A DNA stretch of 64,000 nucleotides from Squalus acanthias (taxonomy: Eukaryota). Location: positions 26,290,001 through 26,354,000 of the forward strand of contig CM059432.1 of NCBI GenBank assembly GCA_030390025.1, read 5' to 3'. This document shows, piece after piece, positions 37,979 through 51,848 of the stretch. Below the pieces are notes generated by a model, which was given only the letters and a program-made list of their open reading frames with translations, did not search any database and had not been told where the DNA came from. The stretch's first letter is position 1, and each line of letters starts with the position of its first letter. A program made the translations under genes and the position numbers.

Positions 37979-39297
37979 GGGGGCGATTTTCCATGGGTAC
38001 TTTAGGCACTAAAGAGCCTCCGAGGTGGCGAAGATGGGGTCTTAAGCTGAAACACCGGTTTAGCCCAAGACGTCATCTTGGTAAAGGAGTTGAAGCTTGC
38101 GCTGGGAATGGCTGCCCAGAGGATCGTTAAGTGGCTGATTGCCACTTAAATTGCCTGCTAGCGCTCATTAACGAAGCTGCATGGAATTTTGGTGGCTCGT
38201 TCTTGACCTAATGCCCTCTCCTAACAGCGGCCAGATTGGGAGTAAACAAGTCAGTTGCAGAGGATTTTGAGCGCAACTTAAAAGGTATATCACCTTTTAT
38301 TGTTCACTTGCTGCTGGAGGTTTGAAGAGGACTTTTGAAACACATCGGGAGACTTTCTGGGACACTTTTTCAAGACTATATCAACATTTATTCTGGAAAT
38401 CTTCTGAGGACTTCACCTAAAAAGAGTGAGTGCTGTGCTACTCTACCTTCTAGCAGTCACCAGGAGAAAAGGAGTGCTTGGTCATCAGCATCTTGCTAGG
38501 TTCTGCAGGAGAATAGGAGAAGGGATATGAGGTTAGGCAGAGCAGCACCAGCTGCTGCAGGAGAGAGGGACAGGAGGGTGAGGTGGACTCCTTCCTCCTT
38601 GCTGGTACAAGACATCACTCCTCCTCTGCACCTCCTCCACCAGGTCCTCCAGTGCCGCTTCCGAGAACCTGGGTGTTCTCTCACTTGGTCCCTGAGCCAT
38701 CCTGAAACCTGCCGCTGTGTATCAGCCAGACAACTCCACACCTTCAGTGGAAGTGGGTGCGAGGAGCCCACATATACTGCTCCGTGAAAATTGTGTCTAA
38801 TCAGCACTTGAGTACAAAACCTGCAGGTGTCTGATTTAGCAGCTCCAGGCAAGTTCAAATTATGGCCATCAGCAATTAGGCCCAAAAGTGCATGCTAAAA
38901 CCAGACTTCTTGAGGTTTAGAAGCAGAAGAAAAGCAAAAATCCGTGAATTCCAATGGAAGGCTTCGTAAAGAAATCCAGTCAGGTGAATTGCATATAGAT
39001 ACCAATGAACTGAGTGCATGAATGTGAGTGCTTCTATAAGTAGCGCTTCCAATTGCCAATTCATGCCAGTACTGCAGAGTACTGGTCAGTTCCAGCGCTG
39101 CGGGCTACTTCCATTTTTGCAAGTAAAAGTAGCATTGGTGCCCTATTGACATCATAGGACCTAATTTAAATACTTAAATGAGGCTACCACAGCTGGCGGG
39201 TGGGATCTTAGCAGGAATGGGGCAGTAAGTGCTGCACTGTGATTTTAGTGCTGCTACTGCCCTGTTACCACCAGGCGGAGCAAGTTAAAACTCAGCC
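37979..39297. mobile_element. Old non-autonomous Harbinger with a Myb N-terminal remnant
   Basis: Left end GGGGGCGATTTT; right end approximately AAAACTCAGCC. The - strand from ATG 38700 reads MAQGPSERTPRFSEAALEDLVEEVQRRSDVLY. Confidence 0.7.
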
Positions 39298-39574
39298 ACT
39301 TGGTGTCTATGTATCACTGCGTCTGTGCCACTCTGTCTTTTTGTATCACTATGGCGCAGATTTTGGTCCTCACCAGCTGGGCATTAAGCATCACCCGGGC
39401 AGAGACAGCATGAAAATTGGACGGGGAGGATCACATGCAGCCTGCAAAATGCGTCCGATTTCCCTTCCATTAATTTAAATGAAATGTGAGTTTGGTTACT
39501 GGCAGTTAGTGGGGAAAGAAATCTCAGACACTCAGTGGCACATCTTCCCTGGCATTTTCATGGTAAGTCGGAAG

Positions 39575-39920
39575 TATTATAAGGATAGGAATGCTATACC
39601 ATGCAATGGTATGGTAACGGGGCTTAGAAGCTTAAATTATGAGGACACATTGCATAAACTTGGCTTGCATTACCTTGCGTATAGAAGATTGAGAGGTGAT
39701 CTGATCAAGGTGTTGTAAATGTTAAAAGGATTCGATTGGGTAGACACAGAGAAACTATTTCCTCTGGTGGGGGAAATCAAGAACAAGGTGACACAATCTT
39801 AAAATTAGAGCTGAGCCATTTAGGAGAGAAATCAGAAAGAATTTTTTCACAAAGGGTAATAAAAATCTGGAATTCTCTCCCCCCAAAAGGCGGTGGATGC
39901 TTGGACAATTGGAGCTTTCA
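39575..39920 (+). mobile_element. CR1 3' fragment
   Basis: GLRSLNYEDTLHKLGL...RRLRGDLIKV. Confidence 0.8.
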
Positions 39921-40566
39921 ATGTTCCAATGCACAAAGTGTTACTGTGCTACTAAGGAACAGCTGGTTGCAATCTGGCCTGTCCTTTTATGAACACAAGG
40001 TCTAATTGTTGTAATATCCTGAGGTCAATTGGAGGATAAATGCTCTTAGGGACATCCTGAGTGATGAGCTCAATTAGGAAGTATTTTCTGTTGCTGGGAA
40101 AGTTTCATTGGAAATGATTGTGTCTTTATATATAGTTTTTAAAAATGCCACACAGAAATTTGTAGTGTGACAAAGTGTGATGTGGAATGTGATTACTGTG
40201 TTTTACAACAAAAATAGAAGATGAGGGATATGTAGATAGATAGACTAGATTTACAGCAATTGCATTTTTCTTTATTGCTACTTGTTAATATCAGGGAGGT
40301 TTCAATCTCTTTCCCAGCCCTTTAGAGTGGCAAATGGATTGATGTGAAAACACTGAACAAAGAAAAGTGTCCAACCCATCAAACCTACTCCTATCAGAGA
40401 TCATGTGCAATCTACTCTATCATGAATTCTACCCCTCCATTCAATCTCCTGAAGAAATTCTGACCCCATATTCCAAGGTAATCAAGCAAAACTCCAGAAT
40501 GCCTATCAACCCCACACCCACAAACTGCATTATGCAACCTAATAGGTTGCCATTTATGATCAACCC

Positions 40567-43500
40567 ACTCCCTTCCCCTCCCCTTTTCCCACCATCCCCT
40601 CCCCTTCTCTCCCCTCTTTCCTCCCCTCCCCTCTTTCCTCCCCTCCCCTCTTTCCTCCCCTCCCCTCTTTACTCCCCTCTTCCCTCCCTCCTCTCCTCCC
40701 CTCCCTCCCCCCTCCTCCCCTCTTTACTCTCCTCTCCTCCCCTCTTTCCTCCCCTCCCCTCTTTCCTCCACTCCCCTCCCCTCCCCTCCCTTCTTTCCTC
40801 CCCTCCCCTCTTTCCTCCCCCTTTCCTCCCCTCTTTCCTCCCCTCCCCCCTCCCTTCCCCTCTTTCCTTCCCTCCCCTCCCCTCCCCTCTTTCCTCCCCT
40901 CCCCCCTCCCCTCCCCTCTTTCCTCCCCTCCCCTCCCCTCTACTCCCCTCCCCTCCTCCCCTCCCCTCCTCCCTTTCCTCTCCTCCCCTCCCCTCTTTCC
41001 TCCCCTCCCCTCTTTCCTCCCCTCCCCTCCTCCCCTCCCCTCCTCCCTCCTCTCTTCCTCTCCTCCCCTCCTCTCTTTCCTCTCCTCCCCTCCTCTCTTT
41101 CCTCTCCTCCCCTCCTCTCTTTCCTCTCCTCCCCTCCTCTCTTTCCTCTCCTCCCCTCCTCTCTTTCCTCTCCTCCCCTCTCCTCTTTCCTCCCCTCCCC
41201 CTCCCCTCTTCCTCCCCTCCCCCTCCCCCTCCCCTCCTCCCCCCTCCCCTCCCCTCCCTCCCCTCCCCCCTCCCCCCTCCCCTCCCCCCCTCCCCCCCTC
41301 CCCTCCCCCCCTCCTCCCTCCCCTCCCCCCCTCCTTCCCTCCCCTCCTCCCCCCTCCCCATCTCCCCCCTCCTCCCCCCCTCCCCTCCCCTCCCCTCTTT
41401 CCTCCCCTCCCCTCCCCCTCCCCTCCCCCTCCCCTCCCTCCCCTCCCCCTCCCCTCCCCTTTCCCCTTTCCCTCCCCCTCCCCTCCCCCCCTCCCCATCC
41501 CCCTCCCCTCCCCTCCCCCTCCCCATCCTCCCTCCCCTCAACCCGTCCTCCCTCCCCTCCTCCCCCTCCCCCCTCTCTTTCCCCCTCGCCTCACTTTCCT
41601 CCCCTCCCCCCCTCTCCTCTCTTTCCTCCCCTCCCCTCTTTCCTCTCCTCTCCTCCTCTCTTTCCTCTCCTCCCCTCCTCTCCTCCTCTCTTTCCTCTCC
41701 TCCCCTCCCGCTTTCCTCTCTTTCTCCCTCCCGCTTTCCTCTCCTCCCCTCCTTCCCTCCCCTCCCTCCCCTTCCCCTCCCCCCTCCCTCCCCCTCCCTC
41801 CCCCTCCCTTCCCCTTCCCTCTCCCCTCCCCCTCCCCTCTCCCCTCTTCCTCCCTTCCCTTCCCTCCCCCCTCCCCCTCCCCTCTTCCTCCCCTCCCCTC
41901 TTTCCTCCCCTCCTCTTCCCCTCCCCTCCTCCCCTCCTCCCCTCCTCCCCTCTCCCCTCCTCCCCTCTCCCCTCCTCCCCCCTCCCCTCCCTTTCCTCCT
42001 CCCCTCCTCCCCCCCTCCCCTCCTCCCCTCCTCCCCCCCTCCCCTCCTCCCCCCCTCCCCTCCTCCCCTCCCCTCCCCATCCCTCCTCCCCACCTCAGCC
42101 CTCCCCTCTTTCCTCTCCTCCCCTCCTCTCTTTCCTCTCCTCCCCTCCTCTCTTTCCTCTCCTCCCCTCCTCTCCTCTCTTTCCTCTCCTCCCCTCCTCT
42201 CTTTCCTCTCCTCCCCTCCCTCTTTCCTCCCCTCCCCCCTCCCCTCCCCCTCCCCCTCCCCCTCCCCCCTCCCCCCTCCCCCTCCCCCTCCCCCCTCCCC
42301 CTCCCCCTCCCCCCTCCCCCCCCCTCCCCTCCCCCTCCCCTCCCCCTCCTCCCCCCCTCCCCTCCTCCCCCATCTCCCCCTCCCCTCCTCCCCCCTCCCC
42401 CCTCCCCTCCCCTCCTCTCCCCTCCTCCCCCCCTCCCCTCCCCTCCTCCCCCTCCCCTCCTCCCTCCTCCCCCCTCCCCCTCCCCTCCTCCCCCCTCCCC
42501 TCCCCCCCTCCCCCCTCCCCCTCCCCCCTCCCCATCTCCCCCCTCTCTCCCCTCCCCTCTTTCCTCCCCTCCCCTCTCCTCTTTCCTCCCCTCCCCCCTC
42601 CCCTCCCCTCCCCTCCCCCTCCCCCCTCCCCTCCCCCTCCCCTCCCCCTCCCCCCTCCCGTCCTCCCTCCCCTCCTCCCTCACCCGTCCTCCCTCCCCTC
42701 CTCCCCCTCCCTCCCCCTCCCCCCCTCCCTCCCCCTTTCCCCCCTCCCTCCCCCTTTCCCCCCTCCCTCCCCCCTTCCCCCCTCCCTCCCCCCTCTCCCC
42801 CCCTCCCTCCCCCTCTCCCCCCTCCCTCCCCCCTCTCCCCTCTCTTTCCTCCCCTCCCTCTTTCCTCCCCTCCCTCCCTCTTTCCTCCCCTCCCCTCTCC
42901 TCTCTTTCCTCCCCTCCCCTCTTTCCTCTCCTCCCCTCTTTCCTCTCCTCCCCTCCCCTCCTCTCTTTCCTCTCCTCCTTTCCTCTCCTCCCCTCCCACT
43001 TTCCTCTCCTCCTCTCTTTCCTCTCCTCCCCTCTTTCCTCCCCTCCCCTCCCCTCCCCCTCTCCTCCCCCTCCCCTCCCCACCCCACCTCCCTCCCCTCC
43101 CCTCACCCCTCCCCTCCCCCCTCACCCCTCCCCTCCCCTCTCACCCCTCCCCTCCCCTCTCACCCCTCCCCTCCCCTCTTTCCTCCCCTCCCTCCTCCTC
43201 CCCTCCCCTCCTCCCCTCCCCCTCTTTCCTCCTCCCCTCCCCTCTTTCCTCCTCCCCCCTCCCCTCCCTCCCCTCCTCCCCCTCCCTCCCCTCCTCCCCT
43301 CCCCTCTTTCCTCCTCCCCCCTCCCCTCCTCCCCCCTCCCCTCCTCCCCCTTCCCCTCCTCCCCCTTCCCCTCCTCCCCCTTCCCCTCCTCCCCCTTCCC
43401 CTCCTCCCCCCCTCCCCTCCTCCCCCCCTCCCCTACTCCCCCCCTCCCCTACTCCCCCCCCTCCCCATCTCCCCTCCTCATCTCCCCCTCCCCATCTCCC

Positions 43501-44497
43501 CCCTCCCCATCTCCCCCCTCCCCTCCTCCCCATCTCCCCTCCCCGCCAGCTCCCCCTCCCCTCTACTCCCCTCCCCTCCTCCCCTCCTCCCCTCCTCCTC
43601 TCCCCTCCACTCTTTCCTCCCCTCCACTCTTTCCTCCCTCCACTCTTTCTCCCTCCCCTCCTCCCCCTCCCCCCCTCCTCCTCCCTCCTCTCCTCCCTCC
43701 CCCCCCTCCTCCCCCCCTCCTCCTCCCACCTCCCCCCCCTCTCCTCCCACCTCCCCCCCCTCTCCTCCCCCCCCCTCCTCCCCCCCTCCTCCTCCTCCCC
43801 TACCCCCCTCCTCCTCCTCCCTCTCCCCTCCTCCCTCCTCCCTCCTCCCCCTCCCCCCCTCCCCCCCTCCCCCCCTCCCCCTCCTCCCTCCCCCTCTCCC
43901 CTCCCCCCTCCTCCTCCCTCCCCCCCCCTCCTCCCCCCCCCCTCCTCCCCCCCCTCCTCCTCCTCCTCCCCTACCCCCCTCCTCCTCCTCCCTCTCCCCT
44001 CCTCCCCTCCCTCCCCCCCCTCCTCCCTCCCCCCCTCCTCCCTCCCCCCCTCCCCCCCCCCTCCCCCCCCTCCTCCCCCTCCTCCCCCTCCTCCCCCCTC
44101 CTCCCCCTCCTCCCCCCTCCTCCCCCTCCTCTCCTCCTCCCCCTCCTCTCCTCCCCCCTCCTCCCCCCTCCTCCCCCTCCTCTCCTCCCCCCTCCTCCCC
44201 CCTCCTCCCCCTCCTCTCCTCCCCCCTCCTCCCCCTCCTCCCCCCTCCTCCCCCTCCTCTCCTCCCCCCTCCTCCCCCTCCTCCCCCCCCTCCTCCCCCC
44301 CCTCCTCCCCCCCCTCCTCCCCCTCCTCTCCTCCCCCCTCCTCTCCTCCCCTCCTCCTCCCTCCTCCTCCTCCTCCTCCCCCTCCTCCCCCTCCTCCCAC
44401 TCCTCCCCCTCCTCTCCCTCCTTCCCCTCCTCCCCTCCGCCCCCCCTCCTCCCTCCCCTCCGCCCCTCCTCCTCCTCCTCCTCCTCCTCCTCCCCTC
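40567..44497. repeat. ~3.9-kb polypyrimidine/polypurine low-complexity tract
   Basis: Almost only C and T on the + strand, in CCCCT, CCT and CTCTTTCCT variants. Confidence 0.97.
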
Positions 44498-44566
44498 CGT
44501 TATCAGCTTCACCAACACAAGAACCATTTTCTCTCTCTCTGCTATTTTTTTAACTTTAGCTTTGGC

Positions 44567-44950
44567 CACACTCCAGGGCCTTGAGCACACATTCTAGCCT
44601 GACACTTCAGCACAGTACTGCGATGTTGGAGGTGCCATTTTTCAGATGAGATGTTAAACCTGTCTGCCCTCTCAGGTGGACATAAAAGATACTATGGCAT
44701 TAATCAAAGAAGAACAGGGGAGTTTTTCTGGAGTCCTGGCCAATATTTATCCCTCAACTATGGCACTTAAAAAAAAAAAAATTATCTGGTAATTTTTCAT
44801 TGCTGCTTGTGGGACCTTGCAGTGCACAAATTGGCTGCCACGTTTTACCACATTACAACAGTGACTACAGTTCAAACGTACTTCATTGGCTGTAAAGCGC
44901 ATTGGGACTTCCTGAATTTGTGAAAGGTGTTGCATAAATGCAAGTTTTTT
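44567..44950 (+). mobile_element. DeuSINE/SacSINE1-like SINE body
   Basis: TTGAGCACA...GGCCAATATTTATCCCTCAAC...AAATTGGCTGCC...CTTCATTGGCTGTAAAGCGC...TAAATGCAAG. Confidence 0.8.
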
Positions 44951-45214
44951 CTCTTTCTATACAATCTAACTAAATATATCCAACACCTCAGTAGATTTCA
45001 TAAATGTATGCTCCTGGCATGGAACTTCACATGTATTAGGAGTTTGGATGTGCAGGACGTTTATCCAATAAAATTAACAAATTACCTAAAATAAAATAAA
45101 TTGATTTGAAATGTTGGTGCCTTTCTTACTTCTGTTTGCTTAAGGGAGAATTGTTCTTATCACAGTGCTCAGTAAATTTATCAGAATTACTAAATATTGA
45201 AATATTGGTTGGTG

Positions 45215-45990
45215 AAAGTAATGTGAAGGATATTATATCTATAGATTTGCAGAAGACATTTGATACAGTGGACCTTAATAGACTTGTGGCTAAAGTGAGC
45301 GCTCTGGAGATGGAAGTGGAACAGATAAATTGGATAATGAATTGGCTAAATATCAGGAAGTGGAGGGCAGTGATCACTGGGTAGCAGCTGTAATTGGACA
45401 GCTGTGGTCAGCAGAGAACCCCAGGGGTCAGTTCAGGGACCTGAGCTGTCCACAATATTTATAAGCAGAATATCTAAGTTTGCAGATGATTCCAGATTGT
45501 GTCAGAAAGCAGGATATTTGGAGGAAAGGGATAATGTCCAGAGAGGTCTGTAGAAATTTAACAATTGGACAAATGAATTGCAAAACAAAATGTAGTATTG
45601 AGAAATGTCAGACAATACCTACTGATACTAAAAATAACAAGTAAGATTCTAAAATGAAAGTATTACTGTTAAAGTTTGGTGAAAGACTTAGATGTAATAG
45701 TTGACTAAGCTTTGAATGTACAGTTGCAAAGTCAAACTGATTTTTGAATTTATAAGTAGATCTGTACAGTATAAACTCAAGAAAGCAATACTGACATTAT
45801 ATAAATCAGTAATGAGAGCACTCACAAAAAGACAGAGGCAATGAAATGGATTCACAGAAGAGCTACAAAGACTCCAGGTTTTAGATCACTGAACTATGAA
45901 GAAATACGAGGGAAAGTAACTATATTCTCAATGAGCTAGAGATGAAGCTGAAACATGATCCATGTCTGTACAATCATGAAGAGAATTGAT
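45215..45990 (+). mobile_element. Ancient, highly decayed CR1-like RT fragment
   Basis: DIISIDLQKTFDTV, PQGSVQGP, ISKFADDS. Confidence 0.7.
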
Positions 45991-47729
45991 AAAATGCATA
46001 GAAATAGATAGAAGGTACAAAATTGGAAACAGCCCATTTTGCCCAACCAGTTCCTGTTAGCATTTACCCTCCACATGAGCAAATAGTTCGAATCACATTT
46101 ATCCACTCTGTTTGCATATACTTTCAACCCTGGCCCCTTTTTCCTGACTCTGTACTTGCTTAAACGCTGTTCGTCTCATTTTCCAGCATTTTCTGTGTTT
46201 TTTTTTACAGTTCCAGCATCTGGAGTATTTTGTTATTGTTTTAGAAAACTTCAAGTTTCCCTCTATCAGATGATTTAACTGTATTTTGAATTAATCTATC
46301 TTTACCTTCACTATGCTCTCGGAAAGACCACGCCAAATGTTGATAATTCTTTCCAGGAAGAAATTCTTCCTGACATCTGTCTTAAATTGTCCTTTTACCC
46401 GTTTTATCCTATATCTTGTTCTAGTGTCTTGGTTTTCTTTAAAGTAGTGTTCTAGGATTACCTTATATCATTATATATACAGTATGCTTCCCTAGTCACC
46501 TCTAGACCTAACTATTCCAAAGCTCTCCTGGCTGTCCTTCCAACCTCCACGTTCCGTAAACTTCAGTTTATCCAAAGCGCCAATGTCCTACACCACACCA
46601 AGTCCTGCCAACCCAAGGACACTCCTGCCCTTGCTGATCTAGATTGGCTCTTGATCCCTCAATGTTTCCCATTTAAAATTCTAATCCTCTTGTTTAAGTA
46701 CCTCATGGCCTTGCCACGCTCTATTCTCCCCCAGCCCTACAACCTTACCCCCACCCCTCCACACACACACACTGTTCCTCCGACTCTGGCCTCTTATTTA
46801 TCTCTGCTCACTACTGGCGATGCCTTCCATCCAGGCCCCATTTTCTTGAATTCCCTCCCTTTGGCCCTCTGCTTCTTCAGCTCTTCCTTTCAAACCTTCC
46901 CTAAAACCTAAGCTTTGCCTAAGCTTTTGGTCATCCCTCCTAATATCTCTTTCTTTGGTCAGCCCCCATTTCTGTCTATTTAATCCTCGGTGAAAGGCCT
47001 TGGGATGTTCTTCTACATTAAAGGCGCTATATAAATGCAAGTTGTTATTCTATAACATCTTCACTTGGTCATCTCCTTTCAAGTCTAAAGAGTCCTGGAA
47101 TAGGCTTGCACCCACAACCTTTGCTTTTGAGTCAGAAGGTGGTGGATTCTAGCCCCACTTCAGCACTTGAGCACATTATCAGCACTGATACTCCCATTGA
47201 GAAGTGAAGACGTGCTATATTGCTGGAGATGCTGTAATTTTTATGTGATTGTACATCCGATAAAATGACTTTGTCCTGCTGCTAACTGTGCCCAAAATAA
47301 AATACTTTTGGATTATTTATTGGATTCTTTATTGTTGGCCATGACACACAGTTATCGCTAGCTGTTTCTGCACACTGGTAGGAAATATACATCATAGTCT
47401 GACTAATATTCGCAGTTCAGGGCAAGCCAGAGATCATGTGTAGTACAAGATATCCTTGGTCTTCATGGTTTGATTTGTTGCCATTGTACTTGGATGGGAA
47501 CCTTGCTAGTTGATCATTCAAAGTATTTGGTGCAATTCAATTAACTGAACTTTCCCATTCATTCAATTCATCCCATCTGATTGACATTCTCTAGGTATTT
47601 TCTAGGCTGTGGGTTTGATAAACAAACATATCAGGAGTGAAGCCATGGGTTGGGACTGTAAGAGAAGATGTGGCAATGATTATTTGTAATCCTTTCGATA
47701 TATAACTTGGTGGCCAGGAGCTTCTCAAT

Positions 47730-48135
47730 GTCAACCTTGGCTCAGTGGTAAGTAGCATTCTTACTTCTCAGTCAGAAGGTTATAGGGTCAAGCCCAGCTC
47801 CAGAGACCTGAGCACGTAATCTAAGCTAATACTTCAGTGCAGTACTGAAGGAGTGCTGCATTAACAGAGGAGGTCTTTCAGATGAAACATTAAACTGAAG
47901 CTTGCACCGATGAATGTAAAAGATCCCAATGCCCTATTTGAAGAAGGAAGTTGTCCCAGCCAACATTTATCCCTCAACCAACCTCTCAAACAAATAATCT
48001 GATCATTTGTCTCATTGCTGTTTGTACACAAATAGACTGCTGCTTTTGCCTACATTACAACAGTGACTGTACTTCATTGGCTGTAAAGCAATTTGGGATG
48101 TCCTGAGGATGTGACCGGTGTGATACAAATGCTAT
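47730..48135 (+). mobile_element. DeuSINE/SacSINE1-like SINE
   Basis: TGGCTCAGTGG head; body homologous to 44567-44950 and 57742-58027. Confidence 0.8.
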
Positions 48136-48721
48136 TTTTTTCTTTTATTGTGGGCTTATCTTTGGCTGCCTACACTCAGCTGACCTGTAAGTCTTTGGCC
48201 AGCAGAGATACTGGGCTTGACAGTAGCTCCGTGACAGCATTTGACCATGTAAAAGCAAGTGGCTGGTTTTCAGGGATCAGTTTTATGTTGAAAAGTAGTG
48301 CAGGAGGAAATTCTTTGTTGTTTGTCATTTCGAGAATAGTAAAGTCTTATTGTGAATGCACTGTTTGTATTAAGTATGGCCCCATTAATCTGTTTAACGT
48401 TAAATAAATTATCAGTTTATGACTTGATTGTCAATCTGATAGAGTGTATATTCATCCGTCTTCTGAAGTTGAGGAGATCATGTGGCAGCATGTGATCTAC
48501 TTCAATGAGCTAGAGTACAGAGACAAGGGTTCTCTATTAAAGCCCTGGGTCTCACTAAGTTTACCTAGATATTGGGCAGCTAAATGTACACTCTGGTTTG
48601 TGGAGGTGGTGGTGGGGCACTGCACACCCCTTAAAGATCAGGGGGGTCATTTCCATGTATTCCCAAACTACTGTCACAACATCAGCAGGTTATTGGTGGA
48701 ACGCATTGAGAAATGGTGTAA

Positions 48722-48842
48722 ATGCTTTACAGCCAATTAAGTACTTTTTGAACTGCAGTCACTGTTCTAATGTAGGAAATGTGGCAGCCAATTTGCGCTC
48801 AGCAAGCTCCCATGTGATAACAACCAGATATTCTGTTTTTGT
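48722..48842 (-). mobile_element. 3' half of a SacSINE1-like SINE split by the 8.9-kb CR1 insertion
   Basis: GCTTTACAGCCAAT..GGCAGCCAATTTG..CCAGATATTCTGTTTTTGT; the SINE continues at 57742. Confidence 0.8.
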
Positions 48843-48919
48843 CATAGAGTCAGAGTTATACAGCACAGAAAGAGGCCCTTCGGCCCATCGTGTCCACGCT
48901 GGCCATCAAGCCCTGTCTA

Positions 48920-51730
48920 TTCTAATCCCATTTTCCAGCACTTGGTCCGTAGCCTTGTATGCTATGGCGTTTCAAGTGCTCATCTAAATGCTTCTTGAAT
49001 GTTGTGAGGGGTTCCTGCCTCTATCACCCTTTCAGGCAGTGAGTTCCAGATTCCAACCACCCTCTGGGTGAAAAAGTTTTTTTCTCAAATCCCCTGTAAA
49101 CCTCCTGCCCCTTACCTTGAAACTATGACCCCTGGTTATTGACCCCTCTACTAAGGGGAAAAGTTCCTTTCTATCTACCCTATCTATGCCCCTCATAATT
49201 TTGTACACCTCAATCAGGTCCCCGCTCAGCCTTCTCTGCTCTAAGGAAAACAACCCCAGCCTGTCCAGTCTCTCTTCATAGCTGAAGCGCTCCAGCCCAG
49301 GTAACATCCTGGTGAATCTCCTCTGCACCCTCTCCAATGCAATCACATCCTTCCTATAGTGTGGCGACCAGAACTGCACAGTATTCCAGCTGTGGCCTAA
49401 CTAGCGTTTTGTACAGCTCCATCATAACCTCCCTGCTCTTATATTCTATGACTCTGCTAATGAAGACAAGTATCCCATATGCCTTTTTAACCACCTTCTC
49501 TACCTGTCCTGCTGCCTTCAGGGATCTATGTACATGCACATCAAGGTCCCTCTGATCCTCTGTCCTTCCTAGGATCCTACCATTCATTGTGTATTCCTTG
49601 CCTTGTTCGTCCTCCCAAAATGCATCACCTCACACTTTTCAGGGTTAAATTCCATTTGCCACTGTTCTGCCCATCTGACCAACCCGTCTATATCGTCCTG
49701 TAGCCTGAGGCTTCCCTCCTCGCTATTTATCACTCCACCAATTTTCGTGTCATCTGCAAACTTACTGATCATACCTCCTACATTCATATCTAAATCATTA
49801 ATGTACACTACAAACAGCAAAGGACCCAGCACCGATCCCTGCGGTACACCACTGGACACAGGCTTCCAGTCACAAAAACAACCTTCGACCATCACCCTCT
49901 GCCTCCTGCCACTAAGCCAATTTTGGATCCAATGTGCCAAATTGCCCTGGATCCCATGGGATCTTACCTTCTTGACCAGTCTCCCATGCGGGACTTTGTC
50001 AAAAGCCTTACTGAAGTCCATGTAGACTACATCAACTGCACTACCCTCATCCATACAGCTAGTCACCCCCTCGAAAAATTCAATCAAATTGGTTAGACAT
50101 GATCTCCCCCTGACAAAGCTATGCTGACTATCCTTGATTAATCCTTGCCTGTCCAAGTGGAGACCAATTCTGTCCCTCAGAATTTTTTCCAATAATTTCC
50201 CTACCACTGATGTTAGGCTCACTGGCCTGTAATTCCCTGGTTTATCCCGACTACCCTTCTTGAATAATGGTACTATGTTAGCTGTTCTCCAGTCCTCTGG
50301 CACCTCCCCTATAGCCAGAGAGGATCTGAAAATTTGTGTCAGAGCCCCTGCAATCTCCTCCCTTGCCTCACACAGCAGCCTGGGATACATCTTGTCTGGG
50401 CCTGGGGATTTATCCACTTTTTAGCCTGATAAAACCGCTAGTACCTCCTCCCTCTCAATACTAATTTGTTCAAGTATATCACAATCCCCCTGCCTAATAT
50501 CTATGCCTACATCGTCCTTCTCCATAGTGAACACAGATGCAAAATATTCATTTAAAACCTCACCCATATCTTTCGGCTCTACACACAGTTTGCCACTTTG
50601 GTCCCTAATGGGCCCTACTCTTTCCCTGGTTATCCTCTTGCCCTTAATATAAAACACCTTGGGATTTTCCTTTATTTTGCCCGCCAGTGTTTTTTCATTT
50701 CCCCTCGTCGCTCTCCTAATTTCTTTTTTAAGTACTCCCCTGCACTATCTATACTCCTCTAGGGCTTCCACTGTTTTTAGTCCTTTGTATCTGCCAAAAG
50801 CCTCCCTTTTTTTCCTAATCCATTCTTGTATATCCCTTGATATCCAGGGTTCCCTGGGCTTGTTGGTCCCACCCTTGACCTTTACGGGAACATGTTGGCG
50901 TTGTACTCTCTCTATTTCCTTTCTGAAAGACTCCCACTGCTCTGATGTGGATTTTCCTACAAGTAGCTGATCCCAGTCCACTTTGGCCAGATCTTGCCTT
51001 ATCATATTGAAAATTGGCCTTCCCCCAATTTAGAACCTTTATTTCCAGTCCATCTTTGTCCTTTTGCATGACTACCTTAAATCTCACTGAATTATGGTCA
51101 CTGTCACCAAAATGCTCTCCTACGGACACTTCTACTACTTGCCCGGCTACATTTCCTCGAATTAGGTCCAGTACCGCCCCCTCTCCTGTAGGACTTTCTA
51201 CATGCTGGCTCAAAAAGCTCTCTTGGATGCACTTTAAGAATTCCGCACCCGCTAAGCCTTTCACACTCTGACTATCCCAGTTAATATTGGGGAAGATGAA
51301 ATCCCCTATTATTATTACCCTATTATTTCTACACTTCTCTGAGATTTGCCTACATATCTATTCCTCTATCTCCCCCTGACTGTTTGGGGGCCTATAGTAC
51401 ACTCCGAGCAAAGTGCTTGCCCCCTTTTTGTTTTTAAGTTCTACCCATATGGCCTCATTAGAGGAACCTGCTAAGATATTATCCCTCCTTACAGCAGTAA
51501 TTGGACTCCTTGATTAATATTGCGACACCCCCTCCTCTTTTACACCCCCCTCTGTCTCGCCTGAAGATTCTATACCCCGGAATATTGAGCTGCCAGTCCT
51601 GCCCCTCCCTCAACCATGTCTCTGTGATAGCAACAATATCATACTCCCATGTGTTCATCAACACCTTCAATTCATCTGCCTTACTCGCAAGACTCCTTGC
51701 ATTAAAATAAATGCCATCCAGCCTTGCCAT
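48920..51730 (-). pseudogene. CR1 ORF2 (endonuclease plus RT), fragmented by frameshifts and stops
   Basis: Pieces YFNARS/ITETW, FGDSDHN, DKSPGPD, GVPQGSVLGP, SKFADDTK and ERVQRRFT lie in different frames. Confidence 0.92.
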
Positions 51731-51848
51731 ACTCCCTTGTGCCGTTACATATTTGCTCTGCCTTCTAGGCTGACTTGTTTTTTCCTCTATATTTGGCTGT
51801 GCATCACCCCCTACTATAGCTCCACTCCGTATCCACCCCCCTGCCAAA

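Noticed and set aside
40367..44590. 1405-aa Pro/Ser/Leu ORF and antisense Gly/Glu/Arg ORFs
   Set aside because: Stop codons cannot form in a nearly pure C/T (or G/A) tract; no domain or splice evidence.
48444..48740. YIHPSS...VIYFNEL resembling a DEAH-helicase C-terminal motif
   Set aside because: Too short, no convincing exon boundaries or further homology; likely chance.
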